A DNA stretch of 64,000 nucleotides from Vicinamibacterales bacterium (GTDB taxonomy: Bacteria > Acidobacteriota > Vicinamibacteria > Vicinamibacterales > UBA823). The notes beneath the pieces were generated by a model, which saw only the letters and a program-made list of their open reading frames with translations, did no database searches and was not told where the DNA came from. This document shows, one piece after another, positions 20,921-31,230 of this stretch; positions within the stretch are counted from its first letter, which is position 1, and each line of letters starts with the position of its first letter. The position numbers and the translations under genes are program-made. The stretch spans positions 1,736 through 65,735 of the forward strand of contig CBDANA010000007.1 in NCBI GenBank assembly GCA_965197385.1, in the 5' to 3' direction.

Positions 20921-22597
20921 GTGTCCGACGGCCGCTCTGCCTCCGAGTCGTTCACGCCGGACGAGCGGCGGCGTCTGGCTGCCTACTTCACGAATCTCGA
21001 CGAACCGGTCTTCGCGATCACGAATCTGCCAGACGTGGTGAAGGGCGCGCTCTTTGCGCGCTATTCCCGGTCGGCGAAGTCGCTCCGACGCCTGTTTCTG
21101 GACGAATTCGCGACCGACGTGCCGGACGCCCAGACCAGCGCGGCGGCGGTCGGCGTCGAGCGGGCCGAGCGGCTCTACACGCGCGTGTTTCACGAATACG
21201 GCGACGATTCGGTGGCCCAGCTCGGCGGGGCGCACATCGCCTGCGAGGGCGTCTCCAACATCCTGACCAAAGTGCTGGAGCGCGGGCGGCTCGCGTCCTA
21301 TCTCGAACAGTCCACGCGCTACGTGCCATATACCGATCGGCCGCAGAACCGGTGGAAGTATCTGGTGCCGGACGAGCTGGACGGCACGCCGCTCCGGGAT
21401 AAATACGTTCGCACGCTGGATCGCGCCTTCGAAGTGTACGCGGGCTGGATCGAGCCGATGCAGGACTATCACCGCGCGCGCCACCCAAAGGATCCCACCG
21501 ATTCGGATGGCATCTACAAGGCGGCGATCCGGGCCAAGGCGCTCGACACGCTGCGCGGACTGCTGCCCGCCGCCACGCAGTCGAACGTGGGCATCTTCGG
21601 CTCGGGACAGGCCTACGAATCCCTCCTGCTGCAGATGCGCGCGCATCCGCTGGCCGAGATGCGGCGGTATGCCGACCTCATGCTGGCCGAACTGCGAAAG
21701 GTGATTCCCGCGTTCCTGACTCGCGTCGATCGATCCAACCGCGGCAACCGCTGGACCGAGTATCTCCGCGCCACACGGCAGGAGCTACGCCGCGTCTCGT
21801 CGGTGCAGCTCGACGGGCTCGTCGCCGAATCCCGTGACGAGGTCGTCCTGACCGACTTCGACCCCGAGGGCGAGACCAAGGTCGTTGCCGCTGCGCTCTA
21901 CGCCGTGTCTCATCTGCCCGACGACCAGCTGCTGAACGTCGCCAGGGGTATGTCGGCCGGCGCGCGCGCGGAAGTTCTTCGAGCGTACGTCGGCACGCGC
22001 GAGAACCGCCGCCATAAGCCGGGCCGCGCGTTCGAGCGCACCACCTACCGCTTCGACGTGCTGTCTGATTACGGCGCGTTTCGCGACTTGCAGCGGCATC
22101 GGCTGCTGACCATCGAGTGGCAAGACCTGTCGCCGGCCCACGGCTTCAACGAGCCGGACGCAATCGAGGAAGCCGGCGCCCTGACAGACTGGCGAGAGAT
22201 CATGGAGGCATCGGCCGACCTCTACGACGCCCTGTGGGACGCCGGCTTCGGTGCGGCGGCGCCGTACGCCGTCGCCATGGCGTATCGCGTGCGCTTCTAC
22301 ATGGACATGAACGCGCGGGAGGCGATGCACGTCATCGAGCTACGCTCCGCCCCACAAGGCCACCCGGCGTATCGCCGGGTCTGCCAGGCGATGCACGACC
22401 TCATCAAGGATCGTGCCGGGCACCGCGCGATCGCGGCTACCATGCGCTTCGCCGATCACTCGGAGGTGGATCTCGAGCGCCTCAAGTCCAAACGGGCCAG
22501 CGAGAAAAAACGGCAGCAAGGCAACGGAGATGGCATTGCTGCCGCCGGCTCGCAGCCCGGCGCCTCGGGTCCCGGTCGGGGGCCACGCATCACGTGA
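20921..22597 (+). CDS. thyX: FAD-dependent thymidylate synthase, tandem-domain form
   Basis: EYGDDSVAQL, SYLEQSTRY and FRDLQRHR motifs. Confidence 0.9.
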   Translation: MSDGRSASESFTPDERRRLAAYFTNLDEPVFAITNLPDVVKGALFARYSRSAKSLRRLFLDEFATDVPDAQTSAAAVGVERAERLYTRVFHEYGDDSVAQLGGAHIACEGVSNILTKVLERGRLASYLEQSTRYVPYTDRPQNRWKYLVPDELDGTPLRDKYVRTLDRAFEVYAGWIEPMQDYHRARHPKDPTDSDGIYKAAIRAKALDTLRGLLPAATQSNVGIFGSGQAYESLLLQMRAHPLAEMRRYADLMLAELRKVIPAFLTRVDRSNRGNRWTEYLRATRQELRRVSSVQLDGLVAESRDEVVLTDFDPEGETKVVAAALYAVSHLPDDQLLNVARGMSAGARAEVLRAYVGTRENRRHKPGRAFERTTYRFDVLSDYGAFRDLQRHRLLTIEWQDLSPAHGFNEPDAIEEAGALTDWREIMEASADLYDALWDAGFGAAAPYAVAMAYRVRFYMDMNAREAMHVIELRSAPQGHPAYRRVCQAMHDLIKDRAGHRAIAATMRFADHSEVDLERLKSKRASEKKRQQGNGDGIAAAGSQPGASGPGRGPRIT

Positions 22598-22616
22598 CTC
22601 TTGGCGAGGTGGCGAG

Positions 22617-22665
22617 GGCTGCGCTACAACCAATCGATCGAAGGCGTAGCGCAGGGCCTGCGACA
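22617..22665. repeat. REP-like GTAG palindrome pair
   Basis: gctgcgctac...gtagcgcag; same family as 4036-4140. Confidence 0.55.
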
Positions 22666-22667
22666 CG

Positions 22668-23192
22668 CTACTCCCGATCCGAGCTCCAGAACCGAGAATA
22701 CTCTTCCAGGTGGGTGAGCGAATCAAAGGACCGCATGCGGTCGAGGAACAGGACGCCGTCGAGATGATCGGTTTCGTGCTGAATGACGCGGGCGGCGAAT
22801 CCATGGGCCGTCATCCGGATCGGATCGCCATGCCGATCCAGGGCGCGTACCTCCACCTCGGCGGCGCGCGGCACGCGACCACGCAGATCCGGGATGCTCA
22901 GGCAGCCCTCCCAGTCCTCGACCATCGCATCTCCGAGCAACCGTAATTCAGGATTGACCACGACCATGCGCGGCATCGGATCGTCACCCTCATCGACACC
23001 GGCCACGAACAGCCGGAGCTCCTCGTGTACCTGCGGCCCGGCCAGGCCGACTCCCTGGTACTCGACCATCGTCTCGATCATGTCGTCGATGAGTTTCTGC
23101 ATCGCCGGCGTGCGCAATGCCGACGGCTCCACCGGCGGCGTAGGCGTTCGCAGCACCGGGTTGCCCATGCGCGCAACTTTGAGAATGGACAT
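22668..23192 (-). CDS. def: Peptide deformylase
   Basis: GVGLAGPQV, EGCLS, QHETDHLDG. Confidence 0.97.
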   Translation of the reverse strand: MSILKVARMGNPVLRTPTPPVEPSALRTPAMQKLIDDMIETMVEYQGVGLAGPQVHEELRLFVAGVDEGDDPMPRMVVVNPELRLLGDAMVEDWEGCLSIPDLRGRVPRAAEVEVRALDRHGDPIRMTAHGFAARVIQHETDHLDGVLFLDRMRSFDSLTHLEEYSRFWSSDRE

Positions 23193-23232
23193 TCCGTCGA
23201 TTATACGTAAGTCCGACCGCCGCCTCTGACCC

Positions 23233-23775
23233 ATGTCCGCACATTCGGAATCGGCATGTCGCTACTGCCCTGCGTGCGGCGGCATCCTCGAAGCGCGCCG
23301 GCTGAAGGCCAGCGAGCCAGAGCGCTTCGTCTGCCTGGCCTGTGGCCACATCGTCTATCTCGATCCGAAGGTCGCCGTCGGCACGATCATCCGTATGGCG
23401 GACGAGCGCCTCGTCCTCGTGCGCCGCGCCATCGAACCGGGCTACGGCAAGTGGGTGTTCCCGGGCGGCTACGTGGACCGGGGCGAGGAGATCACCTCCG
23501 CCGCCATTCGCGAGGCACGCGAGGAAACCGGGCTGACCGTACGGCTCGATGGCCTGATCAACATTTACTCGTACGCCGGCCGCGCGCCGGTGATCATCAT
23601 CTACGCTGCGACGGCAACCGCGGGCACGCTTGCGCACTGCGACGAGTCGCTGCAGATCGCCCTGTTCACGCCGGACGAGATTCCCCGGAGTAACCTCGCG
23701 TTCCTCAGCACGCGCCAGGCGCTGCGCGACTACCTCGACGGCCACCTCCACCGCCTGGGATTCGATTCTGCCTAG
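23233..23775 (+). CDS. Zn-ribbon NUDIX hydrolase
   Basis: CPACG...CLACG; Nudix box GGYVDRGE...AAIREAREETG. Confidence 0.92.
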   Translation: MSAHSESACRYCPACGGILEARRLKASEPERFVCLACGHIVYLDPKVAVGTIIRMADERLVLVRRAIEPGYGKWVFPGGYVDRGEEITSAAIREAREETGLTVRLDGLINIYSYAGRAPVIIIYAATATAGTLAHCDESLQIALFTPDEIPRSNLAFLSTRQALRDYLDGHLHRLGFDSA

Positions 23776-25012
23776 CGTAGCGTCACGTAAACAGCTTTAC
23801 AATGTACCACAGAAGGCGTATGGTGCGCAGCATGTGGAACCCTGCGGTAGTGGGTCAGTTTGGTAGCCTGGGTCGTTGGCCGCAACGACATCCTGCTGGC
23901 GCTGTTCGCGCTGACGACGGACGCGCACAAGCCCTACCTCTCGGCCGTCGAGGATGCGTTCGGGGCGGGTGCAACGCACGGGGCTCGAGGCACTGGTGCG
24001 CAGCGGCAAGACGCCGCAGCGCGTGTCGGCACGCGCGATGATTGTGCTCGCGGCGAGTGAGGGCAAACCCATTAATGCGATTGCGAAAGAGTTCGGGGTG
24101 AGCCGGCCGACGGTGTACCTGTGGCGGCGTCGCTTTCAGCAGGTCGGCGTGCTCGGCCTGATGAAGGATGCCCCACGGCCAGGTCGACGCCCCGCGCTGA
24201 CGGCCCAGGCCATCGCGGCCGTGGTCGACGCGACCTTGCAGACGACGCCGCCCGATGCGACGCACTGGAGCGTGCGGACGATGGCGAAGGCGCAAGGGCT
24301 CAGCCACGCGGTGGTCCATCGCATCTGGCGCGCGCATGGGTTGCAGCCGCATCGCGTCGAAACCTTCAAACTCAGCCGCGATCCCAACTTCGTGAAGAAG
24401 TTGCGGGATGTCGTGGGCGTCTACCTCCATCCGCCCGACAACGCCTTGGTCTTTTGTGTCGATGAGAAACCGCAGGTGCAGGCCCTGGATCGAACCGCGC
24501 CGGTGCTCCCGTTGCGAAGGGGCATTCCCGCGCGCCAGACGCACGACTATATCCGTCACGGCACGACAAACCTGTTTACGGCGCTGAACGTCTTGGATGG
24601 CACCGTCCTCGCGCGGTGTGCGCCGCGGAAACGGCACACGGAGTTCCTGGCCTTCTTGAATCAGCTGCATCGCGCAGTCCCCAAGCGGCGCGATATCCAT
24701 CTCATTCTCGACAACTACGGCACGCACACGCATCCGAAAGTCGAACAGTGGTTCGCTGATCACCCGCGCTACTACCGTCACTTCGTCCCCACAAGCGCCT
24801 CGTGGCTCAACTTGATCGAGCGCTGGTTCGCGGAGATCACTCGGAAACGGATTCGCCGCGGCACGTTCCGGAGCCTGCCGGATCTGATTCGTGCCATCGA
24901 AGAGTATGTGACGCACCACAACCGCTCGGCCGAGCCCTTCATTTGGACGGCGCCCGCGGCCACGATTCTCCGAAAGGTGCGCCATTGTAAAGAAGCGTTA
25001 GAGACAGCGCCC
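23775..25012 (+). mobile_element. IS630-family element; transposase 5' end disrupted
   Basis: TA flanks, imperfect IRs containing ctttacaatg; CVDEK, HDYIRHGT, LDNYGTH, SWLNLIERWF. Confidence 0.9.
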
Positions 25013-25015
25013 TAG

Positions 25016-26310
25016 CAGGCTGCTGAAAAAGTCCGTGGAATGGGATCGACAGATCGATCCCGGCGTACTCCCATGCTCCCAATATTGCTGAAGGGAGCCA
25101 CCTCATGCGCGGACACGATGAGCAGACCCATCACATGTTCAGTTACCGGTCGCCGGAACAGCGCGTGCCGGCCGATCCTCCGCTCCGCGCGGTCCGCGCG
25201 CTGACGGATCACGCGCTGAAGACGATGTCGCGCAGGTTCGCCGGCCTGTACGCCAAGACGGGACGTCCGTCGATCCCGCCTGAGCCATTGTTGCGGGCCC
25301 TGTTGCTGCAGGTGCTGTACACGATCCGGAGCGAACGGCTGCTGCTGGAAGAGCTCAACGACAACCTGCTGTTCCGCTGGTTCGTCGGCTTGCATATGGA
25401 CGACCCGGTCTGGCATCCCACGACGTTTACCAAGAATCGTGACCGGCTGCTGGCGGGGGATGGCGCGGCCGCCTTCGTTGATGCGGTCCAGGCCCACGCC
25501 CGGGCGGCCGGTCTGCTCTCGGACGAGCATTTCACGGTGGACGGGACGCAGTTGGAAGCCTGGGCCAGCCTGAAGAGCTTCCGATGCCGGGACGCCGCGC
25601 CGCGCGCGCCCCCCGATGACCCCGGGAATCCCACGGTCGACTTCCACGGCGAGCGGCGGCGCAACGACACGCACCAGTCGACGACTGATCCGGCGGCGAT
25701 GCTGCATCGGAAGGGCCAAGGGAAGGAGGCGAAGCTGGCGTCTCTGGGCCACGTGCTGTTGGATAATCGGCAGGGGCTCGTCGCCAACGTCTGTGCGACC
25801 CACGCGACGGGGACCGCCGAACGCGAGGCGGCGGCACTGTTGCTGGAGGCCAGCGCGCCGCCGGGCAGCACGGTCGGAGCAGACAAGGGCTACGATGTGG
25901 CGAGCTTCGTCGCCGATGTCCGCGTCCGGGACGTCACGCCCCACGTGGCGCAGAAGGTCCGCTGGCGGGCGATTGATGGTCGGCCCACCCGGCATGCGGG
26001 TTCTCACGTGAGTCAGCGGAAACGAAAACTCGTGGAACAGGTCTTTGGGTGGAGGCAGACCGTCGGTGGTTTGCGCAAGCTCCGGCCTCGCGGCGTCCCA
26101 CTCGTCGAGTGGCAGCTCACTTTCGCCGCCACGGCCTATAACTTGGTCCGCCTGCGGAATCTGGAGGCGACGTGTCCCTGCTCGCCGGCCGCGCGTGTCG
26201 CCGGCCCCCTCATCGGGGTCAGCGCACACCCGTGCGCACGGTCGTCGGGCGGTCGTTACCCGCATGATGCTTAAGAAAACAGCCCGATACCCGGGTTCTT
26301 CAGCAGCCTG
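25016..26310 (+). mobile_element. IS5-family element (transposase 25105-26274)
   Basis: CAGGCTGCTGAA IRs, CTAG TSD; FTVDGT, GADKGYD, VEQVFGW. Confidence 0.93.
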
Positions 26311-27510
26311 CTAGCAGCCCTTCCGAGCATTCGCGTGTCCGCGGCTCGGCGGGAAGCTCATCTGTTCGTCGGTCGACTCGGCGACCGCGCGCTCGACAAT
26401 CTCGTCGATCGGCAAGGCCGCCTCCGCTTGCTCCGCATCCGCGGGCCGCGCGCGCGTCGCCGGGTGCTTCGGCGTGAACAGCTGACAGCAGTCCTGATCC
26501 GGAATGATCGAGATTGGATAGGTGCCGAGCCGTTCCGCCTCGTTCGAGATCTCGCTCTTGTCCATCCCGATGAGCGGGCGCAGCACCGGCAAGCGTGTCA
26601 CCGCGCTGATCACGGAGATGTTCTCGAGCGTCTGCGAGGCGACCTGCCCCACAACTTCACCGGTAACCAGTGCCTGCGCGCCGACCCGCCGCGCCAGCCG
26701 GTAGGCGATCCGCAGCATCAAGCGCCGGTAGATGACGACCCGCAGCGCGGGCGGCACACTCAGGACGACCTGCCGCTGAATCTCGCCGAACGCTACCATG
26801 GTCAGCCGCGACCGCAGTTGCGATCGCGTGAGCAATGCGGCGATCTCTCGGACCTTGTCCTGTGACGCCTTCGACAAGATCGGGTAGCTATGAAAATGAA
26901 TAAAGTGCACCCGACAGCCGCGCTTCATTAAGCGGTACGCCGCGACCGGGGAGTCGATACCACCCGACAGCAGACACACCACGCGGCCACTCACCCCGGT
27001 GGGCAAGCCGCCGGCGCCGCGTTGCTTCCCGAAGAAGTAGAACGCTTCGTCGGTCAGCATCTCCAGGTGCACCGTCAGCTCAGGCGCCGATAGATTCACG
27101 GTCCATCCCCGCGCTTCTTTGATCCGTCCGCCGACCTCGCGCTCGATCTGAGGCGAGGTCAAGGGATAGCGCTTGTCCGCCCGCCGGGCCGACACCCTGA
27201 ACGTGGCTGGCTGCCGATCTCCCAGGTTGGCCAGAATCGCCGTCGCGATCGCGTCGAGGTCGCCGCCCTCGACGCGCCCCGCCGGCGCGAAGTTCGCCAC
27301 GCCGAACACCCGGCGCAGTCGATCGTCGAGTTCCTCGCGATCGACGTCGGGCGCCAGCTCCAGCTCGATCCGCCCCATCAGCGCCCGCACCTGGGTCACC
27401 CCGACCTCCGCCGTCACCGCACGCAGATTGCGCACGAGGCGAGCGATGAACCAGGGGCGATTGCCCCCCTTGAGCGCGATCTCGTGATAGTGAACGATGA
27501 CGGATTCCAT
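26311..27510 (-). CDS. thiI: tRNA 4-thiouridine(8) synthase
   Basis: THUMP domain, LLSGGIDSPVA, GQVASQT, DQDCC. Confidence 0.96.
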   Translation of the reverse strand: MESVIVHYHEIALKGGNRPWFIARLVRNLRAVTAEVGVTQVRALMGRIELELAPDVDREELDDRLRRVFGVANFAPAGRVEGGDLDAIATAILANLGDRQPATFRVSARRADKRYPLTSPQIEREVGGRIKEARGWTVNLSAPELTVHLEMLTDEAFYFFGKQRGAGGLPTGVSGRVVCLLSGGIDSPVAAYRLMKRGCRVHFIHFHSYPILSKASQDKVREIAALLTRSQLRSRLTMVAFGEIQRQVVLSVPPALRVVIYRRLMLRIAYRLARRVGAQALVTGEVVGQVASQTLENISVISAVTRLPVLRPLIGMDKSEISNEAERLGTYPISIIPDQDCCQLFTPKHPATRARPADAEQAEAALPIDEIVERAVAESTDEQMSFPPSRGHANARKGC

Positions 27511-27571
27511 TTAGCAGCGTCGCTCGATCGTAGCGCCCATCCCGCCGCCCGGCAAACTCGTCTCAGAAGTT

Positions 27572-27696
27572 CGGTGACAGATATTCCGGTGCGCGGCGCC
27601 CGGCTGGCAAAGCGCAACGAGGGAGCAAATCGGGAATTTGTGACCGAGGCACAACGCTGGCAGCCGGCAGGCCCCGCCCGGAAGATATGTCGCGAA
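27572..27696. other. Long imperfect inverted repeat / candidate structured RNA
   Basis: gtgacagatattccgg pairs with ccggaagatatgtcgc; ccggctg pairs with cagccgg. Confidence 0.5.
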
Positions 27697-27793
27697 TCAC
27701 TGTTACAGGACACTGGCCCGCCGCCGTTGTCATCCGACGCGGATCCGTGGGAGACTCGATGACGACGGTCCTCCGCCCGAGCCGCTGCTTCAC

Positions 27794-29071
27794 ATGCCTC
27801 GACCCGCCGCACTCATGCCGGACGCCGACGTCATCGTCGTGGGGGCAGGACCGGGCGGCAGCGCCGCCGCCGCCGCGCTGGGCCGGCGCGGGCGGCGCGT
27901 CCTGCTGCTCGAGGCACAGCGGTTTCCTCGCGAGAAGGTGTGCGGTGACGTGCTGCTGCGGGAGGTCGCTTCCTCACTGGTTGCACTCGGCACGAGCCTC
28001 GACGAGCTGGCGCCCGATGCCCACACCGTGAGCGCTTGCGATTTCACGACCGGCCGCGGCACGCGCGCCGTGGGCCATTTCCGCGACCGCCACGGACGGA
28101 CCCATCCGTGGCGAATCCTGCCCCGCCGGCTCCTCGACGAGCGGTTGGCGCGGCACGCCGAGCGCTGCGGCGCCCGGCTCGAGGAGGGCTGCCGGCTCGA
28201 GCACGCGGAGTGGGACGTCGTCCGGCGCCTGACCGTTGTTCAGGTGCGTCATCGCGACCGCGCGCTGACCTACCGCGCTCCGTTGGTGATCGGCGCCGAC
28301 GGCGTGTTCAGTCGCGTAGCCGCGTGCCGTGGGCTGGCGCCAGTCCGAGCCGCACGCGATCGGCGCTACAGCGTGGCGCTGCGGGGTTACGCTGACTGGG
28401 CGTCCAGCCAGCCGCACTTCCAGGTGCTCACCGACGGCGCGCTCGAATTCGGCTGCTGCTGGATCGTTCCGATCTCGCCGATCCGAGCCAACGTCGGCAT
28501 CGGACTGCTCGACGCACGTCGCCGGCCGACCCGCGCCGAGCTGAGCGCACACCTGCAACGGATGCTGGGCGCGCGGGTGGACCTGCGAGGCGTGTCCGAA
28601 CTGGCCGGCTGGCAGCTCCCGTCAGCCAGCCTGACCCGCCGCGCCGTGGCCGACGGGACGATGCTCGTCGGCGACGCCGCCGGTTTCGTCGATCCGTTTA
28701 CCGGGCACGGTATCCACAATGCCCTAGCCAGCGGGCTGATGGCAGCCGAGTCGGCTGACTTCGCGCTCGCGATTGCCGACACGCGGGCCGCCAGTCCGCC
28801 GTTGCGGTGCTACGAGCGCGCGTGGCGGCGTCGATTCGCCGGCGACTTCCTCCTCGGCCGGCTGCTGCAATCGCTACATGGCAGCCAGCCGCTGCTCGAG
28901 GCAGTCATGGCATCCGCCAGGCGTCACGACGGGTGGGCCGACCAGGTCATGGGGCTGGTAGGACATGCCGGCCGACGTCACGACATGCTGCGCCCGGGGT
29001 TTCTGTGGCACCTGCTCCGGTCGCAACTGGAGCGGCCGACCGCCGATCAGGTCCGGAGCCGACCCGCATGA
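27794..29071 (+). CDS. Geranylgeranyl reductase-family FAD oxidoreductase
   Basis: VGAGPGG, FPREKVCGD, GDAAGFVDPFTGHGI. Confidence 0.9.
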   Translation: MPRPAALMPDADVIVVGAGPGGSAAAAALGRRGRRVLLLEAQRFPREKVCGDVLLREVASSLVALGTSLDELAPDAHTVSACDFTTGRGTRAVGHFRDRHGRTHPWRILPRRLLDERLARHAERCGARLEEGCRLEHAEWDVVRRLTVVQVRHRDRALTYRAPLVIGADGVFSRVAACRGLAPVRAARDRRYSVALRGYADWASSQPHFQVLTDGALEFGCCWIVPISPIRANVGIGLLDARRRPTRAELSAHLQRMLGARVDLRGVSELAGWQLPSASLTRRAVADGTMLVGDAAGFVDPFTGHGIHNALASGLMAAESADFALAIADTRAASPPLRCYERAWRRRFAGDFLLGRLLQSLHGSQPLLEAVMASARRHDGWADQVMGLVGHAGRRHDMLRPGFLWHLLRSQLERPTADQVRSRPA

Positions 29072-30096
29072 CGGGGACACTGCGACCGGTATGGACCCCG
29101 GGGTCGCTCGCCGGTGCCGACGGCGTCGCCGAGTCGATCGCGGCGAAGGATCTCAACAACCTCTACCGAACGAGCTGCTTCTTCGCCGAAGCCGATCGCT
29201 ATCAGGCCTTCTGCGGGCTCTATGCGGTCATGCGGCTCGTGGATGACCGGATCGACAATCAATTAGCGGGTGGACTCGACCCCGAGGGCGTCGGACGAGA
29301 ACGCCGAGCGCTGGACGCCTGGGACCGGTTGGTCGCGGCCGCGACGGCGGGCGGCCCGCTGGCCGATGGCGATCTGGACGCAACGGACGAACCCAGGGTG
29401 CGCGACGTGCTGGAGGCGTTCGGCCGGGGCATCACGCGCTTCCCCACGCCGCCGGAGTTGTTGGCGCATTTCTTCGAGGCGATGAGAGAAGACCTGACGC
29501 GCGATCGGTTTCAGACCTTCGACGCGTTCCTGAACTACGCGCGCGGCGCCACGGTGGCGCCCACGACCGTCTACCTCTACCTGATTGCGGCGAACCCTGA
29601 TGCCGACGGCGTCTACCGCGTCCCGGCGAACTTCGACCTGCGCGAATGCAGCCGGAACCTTGGCCTGTTCGCGTACATCGGCCACGTGCTCCGCGATCTC
29701 CGCAAGGATCTCGCGACGGGAACGCGCGGGTTGATCTACCTGGCGGCTGACGACATGGCAACTCACGGCGTGAGCGAAGCGATGCTGAGGCAGGACGCGG
29801 AAGCGGGGCACGCCGGTACCGCCGGTACCGCCGTGACGGCGCTGGTCCGGGATCTCGCCGGGCGGGCCCGGGCGCGACTACGTAACGGACGCAACCAGCT
29901 GAAGGCACTCGACGGACGGCTGTCAGCCGACCGGGAGTTTATCTTGCAGCTGATCGTCGAGCTCTACACCGCGACAATCGAGAAAATTGCGTCGTCCGGC
30001 TACGATCCGATGGCCGAGCAGCACCATTTGACCGATCCGGAAAAGGAGCGGCTCGCCCTGACGGTCGCCGGCGGCGCGGGCGTGGTTGGGTCCTAG
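29068..30096 (+). CDS. Squalene/phytoene synthase family protein
   Basis: YAVMRLVDDRID, HVLRDLRKDL..GLIYL. Confidence 0.85.
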   Translation: MTGTLRPVWTPGSLAGADGVAESIAAKDLNNLYRTSCFFAEADRYQAFCGLYAVMRLVDDRIDNQLAGGLDPEGVGRERRALDAWDRLVAAATAGGPLADGDLDATDEPRVRDVLEAFGRGITRFPTPPELLAHFFEAMREDLTRDRFQTFDAFLNYARGATVAPTTVYLYLIAANPDADGVYRVPANFDLRECSRNLGLFAYIGHVLRDLRKDLATGTRGLIYLAADDMATHGVSEAMLRQDAEAGHAGTAGTAVTALVRDLAGRARARLRNGRNQLKALDGRLSADREFILQLIVELYTATIEKIASSGYDPMAEQHHLTDPEKERLALTVAGGAGVVGS

Positions 30097-30119
30097 CTGC
30101 TAGGCAAACCTGGACCTCG

Positions 30120-30623
30120 ATGCGCGACGTCCTCGCCGCAATTCTGGCCCTGATCCTGCTCTTCACGGCCGCCAGCCTCGGCACCGCACTGCACACCTCC
30201 CGCAAGCGGCGCCAGGCCCAGCGGCGACGCCAGCAGGAACGCGGCCGGCAGATCGTGGCCGAGCTCCCGTCCGGTACCGACATGACGCTGTTCAGCGAGG
30301 ACGCCACCGTGTTTTCATACGGGGATGCCAGCATCGACAAGGACCGTATCAAGGCCGTCCGCGTCCTCATCAACGGTACGCCGCTCGCCGTGTACGAATC
30401 GCGGCGATTCGAGCGGGCCGCCGCCGGCGCGTCGACGTCGTTCGAAGACCGCCCGGAGGGCGTTGCCCACGACCGCTGGGACGTCGCGATCGAGACGCTC
30501 GACGGCACGACGCTTGTGGAATGCGGGGCGATTCGAGAACGGATTTCTCAAGAGCTGGCGCGGCGGATCTTCGACCGGGTGAAGGCCGACCTCTCGGCGC
30601 GGGACGAAGCGACAGCGCCCTAA
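30120..30623 (+). CDS. Hypothetical protein with N-terminal membrane anchor
   Basis: Clean ORF with a hydrophobic N-terminus. Confidence 0.7.
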   Translation: MRDVLAAILALILLFTAASLGTALHTSRKRRQAQRRRQQERGRQIVAELPSGTDMTLFSEDATVFSYGDASIDKDRIKAVRVLINGTPLAVYESRRFERAAAGASTSFEDRPEGVAHDRWDVAIETLDGTTLVECGAIRERISQELARRIFDRVKADLSARDEATAP

Positions 30624-30635
30624 CAGCCCACGCGC

Positions 30636-31175
30636 TCACCACTCGACTTCGGGAGTCTTGGCGCGGGCGTTGACGGCGCGCGCGAACGTGAAGAGCAGAT
30701 CGGACAGTCGGTTAACATAGGTCAGCACGGCTGGTTCGACCGCATCTGCGCCCAGCGCGACGATGCGCCGCTCGGCGCGACGGCACACCGCGCGCGCCAG
30801 GTGCAACGTCGCGCCTGCCGGCGTGCCGCCGGCCAGGATGAAGCGACGCATGACCGGAAGATCCTCGTCGAAGCGGTCGATCCACGCTTCCAGCCGCTCG
30901 GCGGCGCGTTCGTCCAGCTGCGCCTTGCCCACGCGCTCGGCGATGCGGTGGGCCGGGTCGGCCAACCGTGCGCCGACCGCGAAGAGATCGCGCTGCAGCT
31001 CCTCGACCATCGCTGACAGACCCGGCTCGATCAGATGCGCCCGGACGACCCCGAGCACGGCGTTGAGTTCATCGACCTCGCCGTAGGCTTCGACACGCGG
31101 ATCCGATTTCGACACACGGGTGCCGTCGAAGAACCCGGTTTCACCGCCGTCGCCCGTGCGCGTATAGATCGACAC
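30636..31175 (-). CDS. pduO: Cob(I)alamin adenosyltransferase, PduO type
   Basis: IYTRTGDGGET, GEVDELN, CRRAER, NRLSDLLF. Confidence 0.95.
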   Translation of the reverse strand: MSIYTRTGDGGETGFFDGTRVSKSDPRVEAYGEVDELNAVLGVVRAHLIEPGLSAMVEELQRDLFAVGARLADPAHRIAERVGKAQLDERAAERLEAWIDRFDEDLPVMRRFILAGGTPAGATLHLARAVCRRAERRIVALGADAVEPAVLTYVNRLSDLLFTFARAVNARAKTPEVEW

Positions 31176-31230
31176 GTCATGATTATAGTGCCACCCTTCG
31201 ACCGACGCCGGACCCGGACAGGACAGACCG

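Noticed and set aside
27560-27720. Cobalamin riboswitch
   Set aside because: GGGAA is present, but the conserved B12-box and CCCGCxACTGT elements are not recognisable.
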